Assembly: GCF_052425735.1 (NCBI RefSeq)
Contig: NC_135766.1
Location: 27,962,001 to 28,026,000 of the forward strand
Length of the DNA: 64,000 nt
Direction: 5' to 3'
Origin: Oculina patagonica
Taxonomy: Eukaryota
Shown in pieces: positions 1 to 12,100 of this stretch; the first letter of the stretch is position 1, and each line of letters opens with the position of its first letter. The position numbers and the translations under genes were made by a program. The notes beneath the pieces are model-generated. The model worked only from the letters and a program-made list of their open reading frames with translations. It was not told where the DNA came from and ran no database searches.

Positions 1-1829
1 GCAAAAAAATATTTACATTTAATTTGTTCGCGAGAGATGACATCGCAATTAAATGGACAGCCGGTGTGTTCGCATTGCGACCGTGTTAAAACCCGCGCAA
101 GAAATATACAAAGTTCATTTCTTTTATTGAAAGAAAGTGTCAATAATTCATCGCCCTGTCCTCCCCTCATGGGGTAATTCATCGAGTCTCAACACAAGAT
201 TAAAGACGGTTTCCGTGAACATTCGAGTAATAAAGGCAAAAATAAAAGTTACCAAAAAGAAGGTCATAGCATGGTAACAGTTTTGACTTAGCGAAACTTC
301 AGCTCTCAAGGTGACCCCACGCGAGTAAAATGAATCCATATTTTACAAAACAGACGTTTCACGTCAGTTCAAAACAAAAAAAACGCGCATTTTAAGCATT
401 TTTACGAGGTTTGAGTTACAGTGCCGAATGTTTCAAATAGTATAGAAAATGTTAACGTGCTATGAGTAGATTTTTGGTAATTAATATTTGCACTTATTGC
501 TCGAGCTTTCAGTGGAATCCGTCTTAAACCTCTTCAGAGACACAATTCGAAATTTATCTCGTTGAAGTGGGATTTGCCCGTGACATAAATTTACACTGCG
601 TTTAGACAGGTACTTTGAGTTTAGGATTTCCCTTTTCATTTTGTTTACCAAACTGTGAGCTAAACTAGAGCGGAGAATTTTTTAAAATCTCGCTGTTCGC
701 GCGCACTAGACTCGCTTGCGAGAGTAAGGTTTCTTGTTTGGAGACTGCTTTGTTTGTATACTGCCAAAACACTCACCTGAATACATAACCCTGAATTGAA
801 TCAGTTGTTATTAAAATCACGCCCTTGTCAGATATCTTACCAGCTGTTTTTTACGGTCTTGGTTGCGGTGCATAAAACTGCACGCAAAACTACTTATGCG
901 AATATAAATAATTCCGCGCAGAAAATTAAACCAATAAAAATACAGCTAAGGGTAACCCTGTTAAAATCATGACACGTCTATCATTGTTTCTAGCCAGAGT
1001 TTTAATTTTTCTTGTTCAATTCGCGTGCCATGGAAACGGTTTAAAATGAAATGAATTTAAATCATCTACTTTATTCTCACGTATAAAACCGAAATTTTCT
1101 TGTGTAAAATTTGAATAGAAGTTCCCATTTTCGCCGATTTTGGTTGTTGACATTTGTACTGAAACACACCACGAAACTGATCCATGAAGGATATACCACA
1201 CTGATTTGCATAAAAATTGCGTATTATTCAAGTCAGAACGCATTCTGTTATTTTACAAAGTCGCTTTCTGCTATTGTTTCATTTACAAGCACGGCATTTC
1301 TTCTTGTAAAAAATACCACAAGTGGTTCCCAAAAATACACCATCCTCTTCAGCATCACGTAATTATAAATGCGAAAAATCTTTCTGCGTGTTCTTCGGAT
1401 CCCATGTTGCTTATTTATAAGTTTCATTGTCTCTGTTCATCAATCATTCTATTCTTTTCACTACTCCACATTGGTCGGATCTGTCGCGACAGCTTCAGCA
1501 GTATTTTCGTTGGTTTCCAGCTCTGTGTTTTTTTCTTCACCGATCCCTTTTCGCTCTCCATTTTGACCCGGTAGTTTCTCGTAAAGCAATGGTCTCCCGA
1601 CATCGGGTGTTTCGCGAGTACAGCAGTTGTTCCCCATATCCACCGATGCAAAGACGTCTAAGCAAAATTTTAACTGTTATTGCATTAAGTTAATTCCCCT
1701 TTCTTAAGCATGAAAAAGTCGGGGGTAGGTTTACCAGTATCATCAGAAACTTGACCTAATAATATTCCTCGTGAATGTCACACCATATCAGGGTAGGCGC
1801 GTGGTCAAACTATACTTTAACACTTCACA

Positions 1830-3008
1830 CCCGGCGTATCAAATCGAACGTTCGGTTTTCGAACTCAATCGAACGCAATCGAACTTAATCGAACGATTAA
1901 ATTCGATTTTGTTCGGTCATCGAACGAAATCGAACTCACAAAAAAAAAATGCAAATCGAACCAAATCGAACGTTCGATTAAGTCCGATGACGTTCGATTT
2001 AGTTCGGTCGCCGAATGACACCAAGCCGAGCGGCTTACGTAGTATGACTTGTGATGAAAATACAGAAGTGGTCGTTGCCCCCACTCCTCAGGAAAATGTA
2101 ATTTTGCGAGAAAATCCAATGGCCATATCAAACCTGCACTGCACCAAGCACGACTCATCAGATCCAGCCACCATTTCAGTTGTGACTATGAAACCCATTT
2201 AAACATCGATAATAATTTTAAGATTCCCGTTGTTTGTGATTTTGACCTGAGGAAAAAAATCATTCTCTTGATTCATGTGATCTTTCTGTTCTCGATGCTT
2301 CATACAAGCCAAATAACGGATTATTTATGGAACGTTCTCCAAGTTCTGCTTTCTACATCGCTACTTCATGCTCTGCAGATATACGAAAAACTTGTCCTGA
2401 TAATATTTCTAATTTTCCACCTTAATTATCGAAATTTTGTACGCTGCTGCTTGTGTCGCAGTCAACCATCTCATTCCAGCCTTGTCACATGTCACATGTC
2501 AATTCGCAAAATGTTATTCTAAAATACGGTTTTCACTTGATACGATACGCCGATGCGGCGGGGGTTGTATTTGAGTATTTATAATTAGATTTCTTATACG
2601 ATTTTATAAATGGCTTACTACGTATTCCCGGGCTTATTAGATTGCTGAATATTATGTTTGTTTCTTTAGGATCAAATAAATGACAAAGATTATACGATAC
2701 CGTGTCCAGTCACTTATTCCAAAACCATTTAAGGAATAATCATTAACTTTTTACTCGCTCATTGGGTTCCAATTTCGTTATTTTAAATTTTAGCTACAAG
2801 TTCGATTTCCGAACTAAATCGAACTTAATCGAACGCTTAATTCGATTTCGTCCGATTTGGTTCGGAAATCGAACTCACAAAAAAAATTGTTGTCCGATTT
2901 CGTTCGATGACCGAACAAAATCGAATTTAATCGTTCGATTAGATTCGATTGAGTTCGATTGAGTTCGATGAAAAATGTGTTCGATTTCGTTCGGTCTGAT
3001 ACGCCGGG
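1830..3008. mobile_element. Non-autonomous DNA transposon with 6-bp TSD
   Basis: TIR CCCGGCGTATCA...TGATACGCCGGG; TSD TTCACA at 1824-1829 and 3009-3014; TCGAA-rich subterminal inverted repeats. Confidence 0.88.
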
Positions 3009-3382
3009 TTCACATCACTGGGGTCGCCACGTGTCCTAATTACCTATTCACGATATCTCTCATGATGAACTAAAACTAGCATGAAATAGAGGCTCGTTTA
3101 TTTCATTTAGCGCTGAAACGCAAACCGGCTTCAATGGTCTTGTATAGGTTTGAAGAAGAAAGGTTACGTTATAAACAATACGTCGGCTGACAAAACTGGT
3201 AAATTAAAAGGCCTAAGGTGGGGTTCTACCTTAATTTGAATGAAATTTTAAGAGGTTTAAAGAAGGGATAGAAGAAAGAATATTATTTTTGGAACACCAC
3301 AAGATAGTTGACCCCCACGCAAGAGCACTCCAGGTTGAGCGAAGCATTTTTGAATTCCTTGAAACGCGAACGAGATATTTCT

Positions 3383-3705
3383 CCCGGAGGGGGGGGACTC
3401 CCACATAAAACGGACGGGGATGCTCGTCGGAAATTTTGAAAAGAACCCCTAAAAGAGACCGATCTGAGTGTGGCTCAAGCTTTTCTTGACCCCTAAAAGA
3501 TACCAAAAAACTAAGAATGGAGTTTATATTTGTATATTTCTTCGTGTGTAAACCAAAACGAGACCATTATGGCTAAAAATATTGGCGTTTTGGGCGTTTT
3601 GCCCGGAACACCCTAAGCGAGACCAAAAATCCGAAATTTACACCCCTAAGCGAGACGACGAGCATCCCCGTCACTTTCATATGCGAGTCCCCCCCCCCCC
3701 CCGGG
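3383..3705. mobile_element. MITE with poly-G/poly-C TIRs and ~8-bp TSD
   Basis: CCCGG(G)nACTC...GAGT(C)nGGG; flanks ATATTTCT and ATATTTCC. Confidence 0.8.
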
Positions 3706-4505
3706 ATATTTCCGTTACAAGTTAAGCGATGGATAAACGGTCTTCAGGTGAATTCCCACCTTGACTAACCTTTATTTTGTTGAAACTGGGTTGCTGTGTG
3801 ATAACGCTTCTTAAAATACTTCTTGGACTTTCAACAGCCTCTTTATTTTTAAGCGATGACGTGCAACTGATGACGTCATCGCTTTAATGCAGGCACCCGA
3901 TCGACCGGATCCGTTTAGCTCAATCGAACAGAAATCAAGTTTAACTTATTAATAACAAGAAATCGCCGCGTAGCAAAAGCAAAATACTCCCGTGCAGTAA
4001 GAATGGGACCCTACAATGTATAAACGAAAGAGACTAAATTTTATGTGATGGGATCTATTAGATTTAGTAGACAGAGATTTCTAGTTCTTGGACTGAGAGA
4101 CCGTTTGACCTTTCTCGCAGCTTAAAAGCTAGCTCCCGCGTATCGTATGTCGTTTGTCGCAAGTCACGCTATAATATAACGTAATCTTTGTTGAGACAAC
4201 ATAGGGAAATCAAAAAATATATATATATAAAATAAAATATTACTGCAGTTGTACAATTGAGCAAATCTACGAAGAAAATGTATTTTTAACCCCTTGTGAA
4301 ACGTCATCGCTTCAGCATGTATTGCATGCCGTTTATTTAGATCGTGTAGCGGGCGCGCGTTTATTTAGACAGTCATCTGATAAAAATTCCATAAAATGCT
4401 GGTTACAAAAAGGAACATGTTTCTTTTTCTTGTGCTTATGCTTGCGCATATTTCTCCTCGGTGCACACAAACGTTTTCTTGTGCTTACGCTCAATCAATT
4501 TATTA

Positions 4506-4854
4506 AGCCCTAACAAAACGGCAACGCAAGTAGACGCAAGTTAAAAACTTATGTCTACTTAATTGCGTTTCCGTTTGGCCAGGACTTGCGTTTACTTGCG
4601 TTCACTTTGGTCGAGATCACATTTGCACTTAAGTTAACGTAATAAATTTATTCAAGTTTTTTAGTTTCATTTCAAGTCAACGCATTTTTCGCAGTTTAGT
4701 TGAAATACTAAATTGCACCTCGTAGCATTTTAAATGACTTTTTGCAAACTTGCGTGCACTTGCGACTAAATTTGCGAGTCCGTTTGGCCACCCAACGCAA
4801 GTCTGTACGCAAGTTGAACTTGCGACCACTTGCGTTACCCGTTTGGCCAAGGCT
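4506..4854. mobile_element. PIF/Harbinger-like MITE
   Basis: Imperfect TIR AGCCCT..CAAAACGG..ACGCAAGT / ACTTGCGT..CCGTTTGGCCAAGGCT; TTA on both flanks; internal ACTTGCG repeats. Confidence 0.7.
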
Positions 4855-4897
4855 TTAGAGTCGTAACGCGGGATAAGGTTGCCCTCCCTATGCGAGC

Positions 4898-5161
4898 TAG
4901 CCTCCCACGCGAAAGTCGTTCTTAGGGGCGATCGTGTTTCACTCCTCCACACTACAGTGGAACCCCGATATAACGATCTTCGATATAACGATATTCCCGA
5001 TATAACGATGAATATGTTATGTCCCAGCAATAGTAAAATGTATGGGATGGAACCCCGATATAACGATTACTGCCCCCTTGGCATATCGTTATATCGGGGT
5101 TCCACTGTAGTGGGGAGGAGTGAAACACGATCGCCCCTAAGAACGACTGCGTTGGAGGCTA
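4898..5161. mobile_element. Palindromic MITE with 9-bp TSD, hosting a nested MITE
   Basis: TIR TAGCCTCC...GGAGGCTA; TSD TATGCGAGC at 4889-4897 and 5162-5170. Confidence 0.85.
4955..5107. mobile_element. Tc1/mariner-pogo-type MITE nested in the previous element
   Basis: TIR CAGTGGAACCCCGATATAACGAT / ATCGTTATATCGGGGTTCCACTG; TA TSD. Confidence 0.88.
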
Positions 5162-6032
5162 TATGCGAGCCAGAGGCTCATATATAAATATATTTATATA
5201 AAGCGCATGACAGTTATCGCACAAGTGTGAAGCCAGATTTACAGCACGAGCCTGTGGACAGTCTAGACACTTCTTTGACCTCCAAACAACATGCAATCTC
5301 AGCTTATATCTTTATTTTTTTCTTCATCCAGAACTGCGTTGTCAACAAATAATATCCTAGATGTATATCTTATTTCCACATAAACTTCATCTTTACACAT
5401 AAAAGACCGATCAGAAAGTCTTTTAACAATAATATACTGTAGTTTAAATAGCTTCTCTAGAAGTGAAAAGCAATAAATATTAAAATAACTTATTTGTTTA
5501 CACAACCGTATAAGAACTTTAACCAAGAAATCCACCAGACAGGCGCACATTGAAAATGAATGCTAACTATAGTTGTTGCCCTCTCGCCCCAATCCCCTGT
5601 TGCTTAGCTCTTTTTGGGGGTGATCAAGACTTGTTTTCGTTTAGAGCGTTCATGAACAATATTGCGTATACTACTATCACTACAATTATACAATACTACT
5701 TTCCTACAGACTGGTCTATTAACCTAAGTTTCTTTAATGCTTAAGTTTCATGAGGCACCTGATACGTCCTCTTTATCTGTCCGAGGTTTTACGTTCTAAG
5801 AACTATTTTTAGGTTGCAACGGTCACGTCAGTGCTTTTCAGGGACGTACAAGTTCGCTAGCATTGTTTGTTTTGCACAAATAGTCACACGAGAATACGAC
5901 AAGGAAGCAAAGCGACAAGAAGACAACAAAAAAGGACTCCACACATAGAGAAAGATCCTTCCTATGCAACAGACGCTCAAATCGTCCCCCGGAAAAAGAC
6001 GGTCTAGAGTGATTAAAGGGGGGGGGGAGATT

Positions 6033-6198
6033 TCATCTTTGTGGGGGTCGTGGAGGTCTCTTGAGGTTGGAAGACGTCTTGGATTGTACCACAGGTTTTC
6101 CAGTATGCCAGTAAGATTTCTGGATCGCGAATCCGTCCACAGAGATAGATAAAGTCTTGGAAGGAATCTTAGTGAACTCCTTTCCTCCGCTGTTATAC
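6033..6198 (-). CDS. CAMSAP: CAMSAP exon 19, end of CKK and stop
   Basis: YNSGGKEFTKIPSKTLSISVDGFAIQKSYW...PPQR*, TGA at 6035-6033. Confidence 0.92.
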
Positions 6199-9100
6199 CT
6201 GGAATGGTAACAAAAGCAGCATGGTTAATAGGGACTGTGTCACGGCTGTGTTTAGTCTATTGCCAAATACTTGCTATGAAACTTAATGCTAGCAAAGAAA
6301 TTACATCTATAGATCGAACTGAGGAAACCATAGCTTCATTACAAATAAACGAATTAACTTTAAAAACTGTTCAGCGTAACAGCTTTTTCAAAAAGCCATA
6401 TCGCAATCTGTTTTAATCTTCTTTAAAATTTTGTCCATCCGTACCTTATTTTGTATTTGCTCTGTAACTGAAATGTTCCTTCCCTGTTTTAAGTAATTAT
6501 TTTTATATTTCACTCAATTTGGTGGCCATTTGCTTGTCTGTGACACAGTTTCTTTAAAGCTTCACTCAGGGCAGGGATGGCGCAGGGATGGCGCAGTGGT
6601 GAGAGCGCTCGCCTCCCACCAATGTGGCCCGGGTTCGATTCCGGCCCCACACTTCTAAATTCCAATTCGATCGGGAATACACGGCCCCACAAGCTAATAG
6701 CTTTAATCCTTACCGTGTCTAAATAAAGGTAATTTATTTTTATTTCTTTATTTGATATTTTTTTCAGCGTTCTCTTCAAAGTAACATATTGTGATGAAGT
6801 ACTTACTTATAAAGTCCTTCAATCATTTTGCTCGTGATAACACGTGGTCCTATTCCAAATATTTTGAACAGCTAAGGAATGGAAACAATAAGAATACGTA
6901 TTAGACTTCACCTTTTTCGAGCCTACATACCTCTGCAAAAAGCTGTTTGTTGGTAGCGAGATTAACATGGAGAGTAAATATTTGATTGTTTGTTTGTTTG
7001 TGTTTTGTTTGTTTGTGTTTTTGCGGTGCTGATAAACGAAACGTAAACATGAAATGCACTTCATAGCGTAAATATTCTTACAAGGTTGCACAGACATCAT
7101 TTTTTAAAATTTCCTGATTTTCGCTGATTTTTTCCCAAAATAAATACAAAATGTCAGATAGAGTAGCGGCCTCCAGGCTCCGCTTTCGCTTTCACTCCCC
7201 CTGTATGACGCTATCTTTTTAAGTGCTGTTTGTTTTTCAATATTCTTCGACATTAAAGATTTGCATTTTTCTTTTGGAATTGATCTTTTTAACTCTTGGG
7301 ACAATATTAATAATACAATAATAAAACGATCAATAACCTGGTCGTTGTCGAGGTTGTGAACATATATCCCCCGGAACTTGAGTCCATCTTTAAACAGAAT
7401 CATGAAGTGATGACCGTCGGATTCAGAAATGGCCTGAAATAAGAAAAAAACATCAAGACAAAGTCTGAGAAAACAAGAATGGGGAAAAAGTAGACGTATT
7501 ATATTGCTCCGTTAATTAGCCCCAATATGTGATCCTTAAATTGGTATGGGTGGTGGGGGTAGGGGGTGGTGTTCACCGCTTGATGTAGCCTGCGAACGCA
7601 GACGCATTATAAACCCGACCGCAAGAAACAAGAGATCAAAGTTTCGAAATAACGCATCCGTTAGAAAATAGTTACTTTTACTGACCCATTTGAAAAAAGA
7701 CTAGTGTTTTATTCACTCAAACAGAAAGTATTGGGACATCGAAACTTGCCAACAGCTTGTCCAGTTTTTTTTTTCTTTTTTTTTTTTTTTACAGGGGAAG
7801 GGTAGTCCCCTTCGCAGCCGTTTAATGGGATGTCATGCAATTTCCCCTCCCCCCCCCCCCTCCAAAAAAAAGCATTGCGTGAGATCACAAAAAAAACGGC
7901 TGCGAAGAAGACTAGAGAAAGGAAGCGGGGATGAAAACACATAGAGAAAACGAGAATGCACACCTACAAAACTGAATCAAGTCATGTAACACAGGTATAC
8001 CACTCCAACAAACCTGTAAACACTTTTCTTTCTGATCTTGGTTAACTGTTCCCGATAGACACACATGAGAAATAGCGTTCACGATTATTTTCCTGTTCGA
8101 CTTCCCGCTCGGCTTTACATAACACTGTGGCCCTAAAAACAAATAAACAAACATGGAAATTTTAGTTTTAAATCAAGGGAATCTCAAAACTCTGCGACAA
8201 GTCAAACATACCACTGAATTCCGCAAAACCAGAGGGCTGCGCGGGAGCTGGGACGAAATAACTGTTGACGTCATCATCGACGTCATAAACATGTTGCCGA
8301 GGCCCCGGGCGGCGGTAAGTCGTGTAAGAGTCTGGGACTCGTGCGGTGGCCTGGGCCTCTCTCATCCTCAGTTCCTGCTCGGCTTTTTGTCGTTCCACTT
8401 CTTCGTGACGTAATCGTTCCTCTTCCATTTTTTGAAGCATTTCTTTCTCGCGTTGTTTTTCTTCTTTCCTGTGAAAAGCAAAACGTTTTTAGCCGCTGTT
8501 ACGTTATGCAATGTTTTGTACAACTTGCCTCGCAATTTTATAACGCCACGGCAAGACAACTTTCCCGAGACGTTGCTTCGCGCAACACAACCAAGTTATC
8601 ACATAAAACTAAAAAAAAAAGATTTCGGTGAAGGGTTTGTTGCCGCAACAAGACAAATAGAACTTCACTCTACCCCTTGTAATGCTCGTTGAAACGAAAA
8701 CGTTGCGAGCTGATCTCAGCAACTTATATGTGGGTGGGGGGGGGGGGCGTCTGTACTTCCCGCCTCCCGTACTTTTTACTCCAGGTCCCCCCCCCCCTTT
8801 CTTAGTGGTTCACGTTTCTTTATGCTATTTCTATCGCAAAACATTACGAAAAGTTGAGAAAATTACTGTACGTCAATTTCTCTCGGTTCCCGCCACTTTG
8901 AGATCCCCGCTTCCCGCTCTCTCTTTCCCGACTTCCGGATCCCTCCCGCCCCTATTCTCTCTGCCTCCCGCCCCTTGTCTCCCTTCCCTTGTATGGCTTT
9001 CTTGTGTCAAGGCACATTTAACAAACTCTGATTGCGTTCTTTTTAAAGCGCAGCAATGATTCGTTCTAAGTAAAAAAATACACTAAGGGACTGACCATTA

Positions 9101-12100
9101 TTTTTGTGGAGGGGGGGGGGGGGTGAAAAATATTGAAAAAATTGTTTGCAGGGCCTAAAAAGACAAAATAAATTGTTTGCAAACACGATACGTATAACAA
9201 AAAATAGTTAGAATTTCGAAAAAAATGTTTGCAGAGGTGTATGAACTAAAAAAAAAAGTTTGCAGAGAAAAATGTTTCATTCCCCCCCCCCCCCCCTCCA
9301 AGAACATAATGGTCCGTCCCTAACATAAAAGAAGCAAAACACTACTGAGGATTGAAAACAAGATCTGAGAATTACTGTGCCTGCAATGTTGGCCGGTTCT
9401 TAAGTGACGAAAATCATGTTACAAATTTTGACGCAAAAAAACGCGAAGCCAACAAGTCGCTTACAATAGAAGTAAATTTTTCCAATCCCAGATTCAACAT
9501 ATTTACTTGTTGCAGCGTGACTTACCTTCTCTTTTTCTCCATTTCTGCTTCTTTTCGAGTTTTATCCTCCTCTTGTTTCTTCTGTCTCAACCTCATAAAC
9601 TTCTCTCGCTTACGTTCTTGCTCTGGAGTCAAGCCCTACATAAGCAAAAAAAAAGAGATCTAAATTTGAATTCTCCCGACTGATTTCCATACATTTCTTT
9701 TAATATTAGCTGTGAGAACTTGGTGGTTAATCAAGACTTATCTCCTAGTTGATGTTTTTCTAAATTCTCATCACCTGCCTGCTTGATGACGTATCGATAT
9801 TGTATGGAGAAGATGAATGTGATCACAATTATACGTTTGGTCTTTGAGCTTCCGTGTTCCGTTTTGGTTTCTTTGCTTTAAACCTTTTTCTGGAGAAATC
9901 ATTCAAATTTTAAGACCAAATCATATCTAACAACTTATATCGTCTGTGGAAGTGAAGGTGGAGTCTGCGTCGAGCCAAGTGGCCCATACCGCCGGAGTTT
10001 AAAATGGGTTTTGTTGCATGAAGCGACTAGGAGTATTCCTACTACCCCCTTGGATGGGATGATAGTCCATCGCAGGGTTACCGCCCAAGCATTAATTCGC
10101 CGATACTCATTCATACACCTTGGAGGATGTAGGCACTATGAAAGAAAAGTGTCTTGCCCAAGAACACAACGCAGTGCCCCGGCCAGGGCTCGAACTCGGA
10201 CCGCTCGATCTGGAGTCCGGCGCACTAACCATTAGGTCACGGAGGAAGTGAAAGCAATACTAATCACCTGAAATTCTCCAAAAAAAATATGGCCAAAAGC
10301 CACTAAAAAGTATTATATTTTTCTGCAAGTACACAACAGTTTACCTGTGCTGCGGGGCTTGCGTCCTCACCAATAAACATTGCTAATCCTCTCTTGTTAG
10401 GGGTCTGAATATCCACCTCAATTTCTCTCGCACCACCTCCCGGAGGGTTTTCTTGCTTGGTGTCCGTACTCATAGAAGTCGTGTCCGGTTGCACCAAGGG
10501 GGGTGGAGTGGGTACTTGAGCAACGTCTACATCCCAACATTTTCGCACGGGAGCCGTGTAGCGGGAAGCCGCTGGATCGTGCGAGGACGGGCGTGGTGGT
10601 ACTGGCGTTGGCCTGGAACCGACTTCGACCGCTGGTTGGGATGACGGGCGCACCGTATCCTGATTAGTACCCAGACCATCAACAGGCGGGTAATCAGAAA
10701 GACGAAACTCACGAGTTTCAAACTGCGGTCCACTGGAGGGACTGGGCTTCGAGACAGACGCCGGTTGTGGAGAGTTGGCTGGGGATGACCAAGCGATGGG
10801 AGGGGAGGGTGAATTGGGAAACTCAGCCACAGGATTTCTCGGTTTATCGTGGACAGGAGGCTTGTCCGAGTGGACCACCTAACAAAGAAAATTACATTAA
10901 CATCTTAGCAACTGAAATCTAGGACAACTTAACCACAAGATATTTTTATTGTCAAACGATGACAAGCAAACTTCTCACCTCAGGCTCAGTTCCTTCTCCG
11001 ACGTTCTGACCTCCTTGAGCCTTTCCCATGACATACCAAAACGCAGTCTGCCCCAGTCTCCGTCGCTGATCTTCCCACTCGGCCTGGGCGCGGTGTTTTT
11101 CTGCCTCGATATGACGCCGCTTTTCCTCCAGTTGCATGCGCAAGTAAGCCATTTGTGACGTCACGGCCTTTTCATCTTCAACTGCGTCTGGCGTCTCTTC
11201 GATTTCACCTAAAACACAAGACCTTGTTAGTCGTCACGTAATGCAGTATCACGCAACCTGTAATTAAGCGTCACGCAATGCAAGGTTGTGTTACTTTGCA
11301 CAAAGTGAAGGCTGGTACTGGACAGGAGAGGCTTCTGGCTGCAGTAAGAGGAGATCGTCGAGTTTACAAAAAAATGAAATTACTTCGAAGCATTTTTCTA
11401 GGATAACCTTGTGGAGTCTGTTGATGAAATGCTAGTGTGTGGCCATTCAAATGAAAGCCACTGAGCATTTCTTTTACGTGGTACTGTTTATTATGCTATG
11501 CAAGGTGGTTTTAACTTTTGAGTCTGTGGATAAAACCCAAGTGTGTGACTATTCAAATGAAAGCCACTGAGCAGTTCTTTCACGTGGTACAGTTTATTAT
11601 GCTGCACAAGGTGGTTTTAACTTTTGAGTCTGTGGATAAAACCCAAGTGTGTGACTATTCAAGTAAAAGCTATTGAGCAGTTCCGTTCATGACGATGGTT
11701 CTAACTTTAAAGTCTGTGGATGACCATTCAAATGAAAGCTATTGAGCAGTACTTTCATGTGGTAGTGTTTGATTTGCTGTACAAGGTGTCTCTAACTTTC
11801 AAATCTGTAGATGAAACCCTAGTGTGTGACCATTCAAATGAAAGCTATCGAGCTATGCTATTTTGTGGTTCTGTTTATTTTTAAACATTCTATATAAAAT
11901 GAACAAGATGAACTTGTCCTCTCCCGGGAGTAGAGAATTTATCATTATTGAACCAACCTTCAGCGTCACAAGGCAAGTCAGATACTTGACTAAGAACATC
12001 AGAAGGGGACATCCCACAATCATCTGCAGCGTCCATTAGACTCGCGATCTTATCTAACACACTTCCACTAGGGCGCCACGTGGCTCGTCCGCGGGAAGCT

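Noticed and set aside
1-1740. Short ORFs or a possible transposon interior at the window start
   Set aside because: No recognisable domain, termini or spliceable exon chain.
11410-11880. CRISPR-like array
   Set aside because: Eukaryotic minisatellite with no unique spacers and no cas genes.
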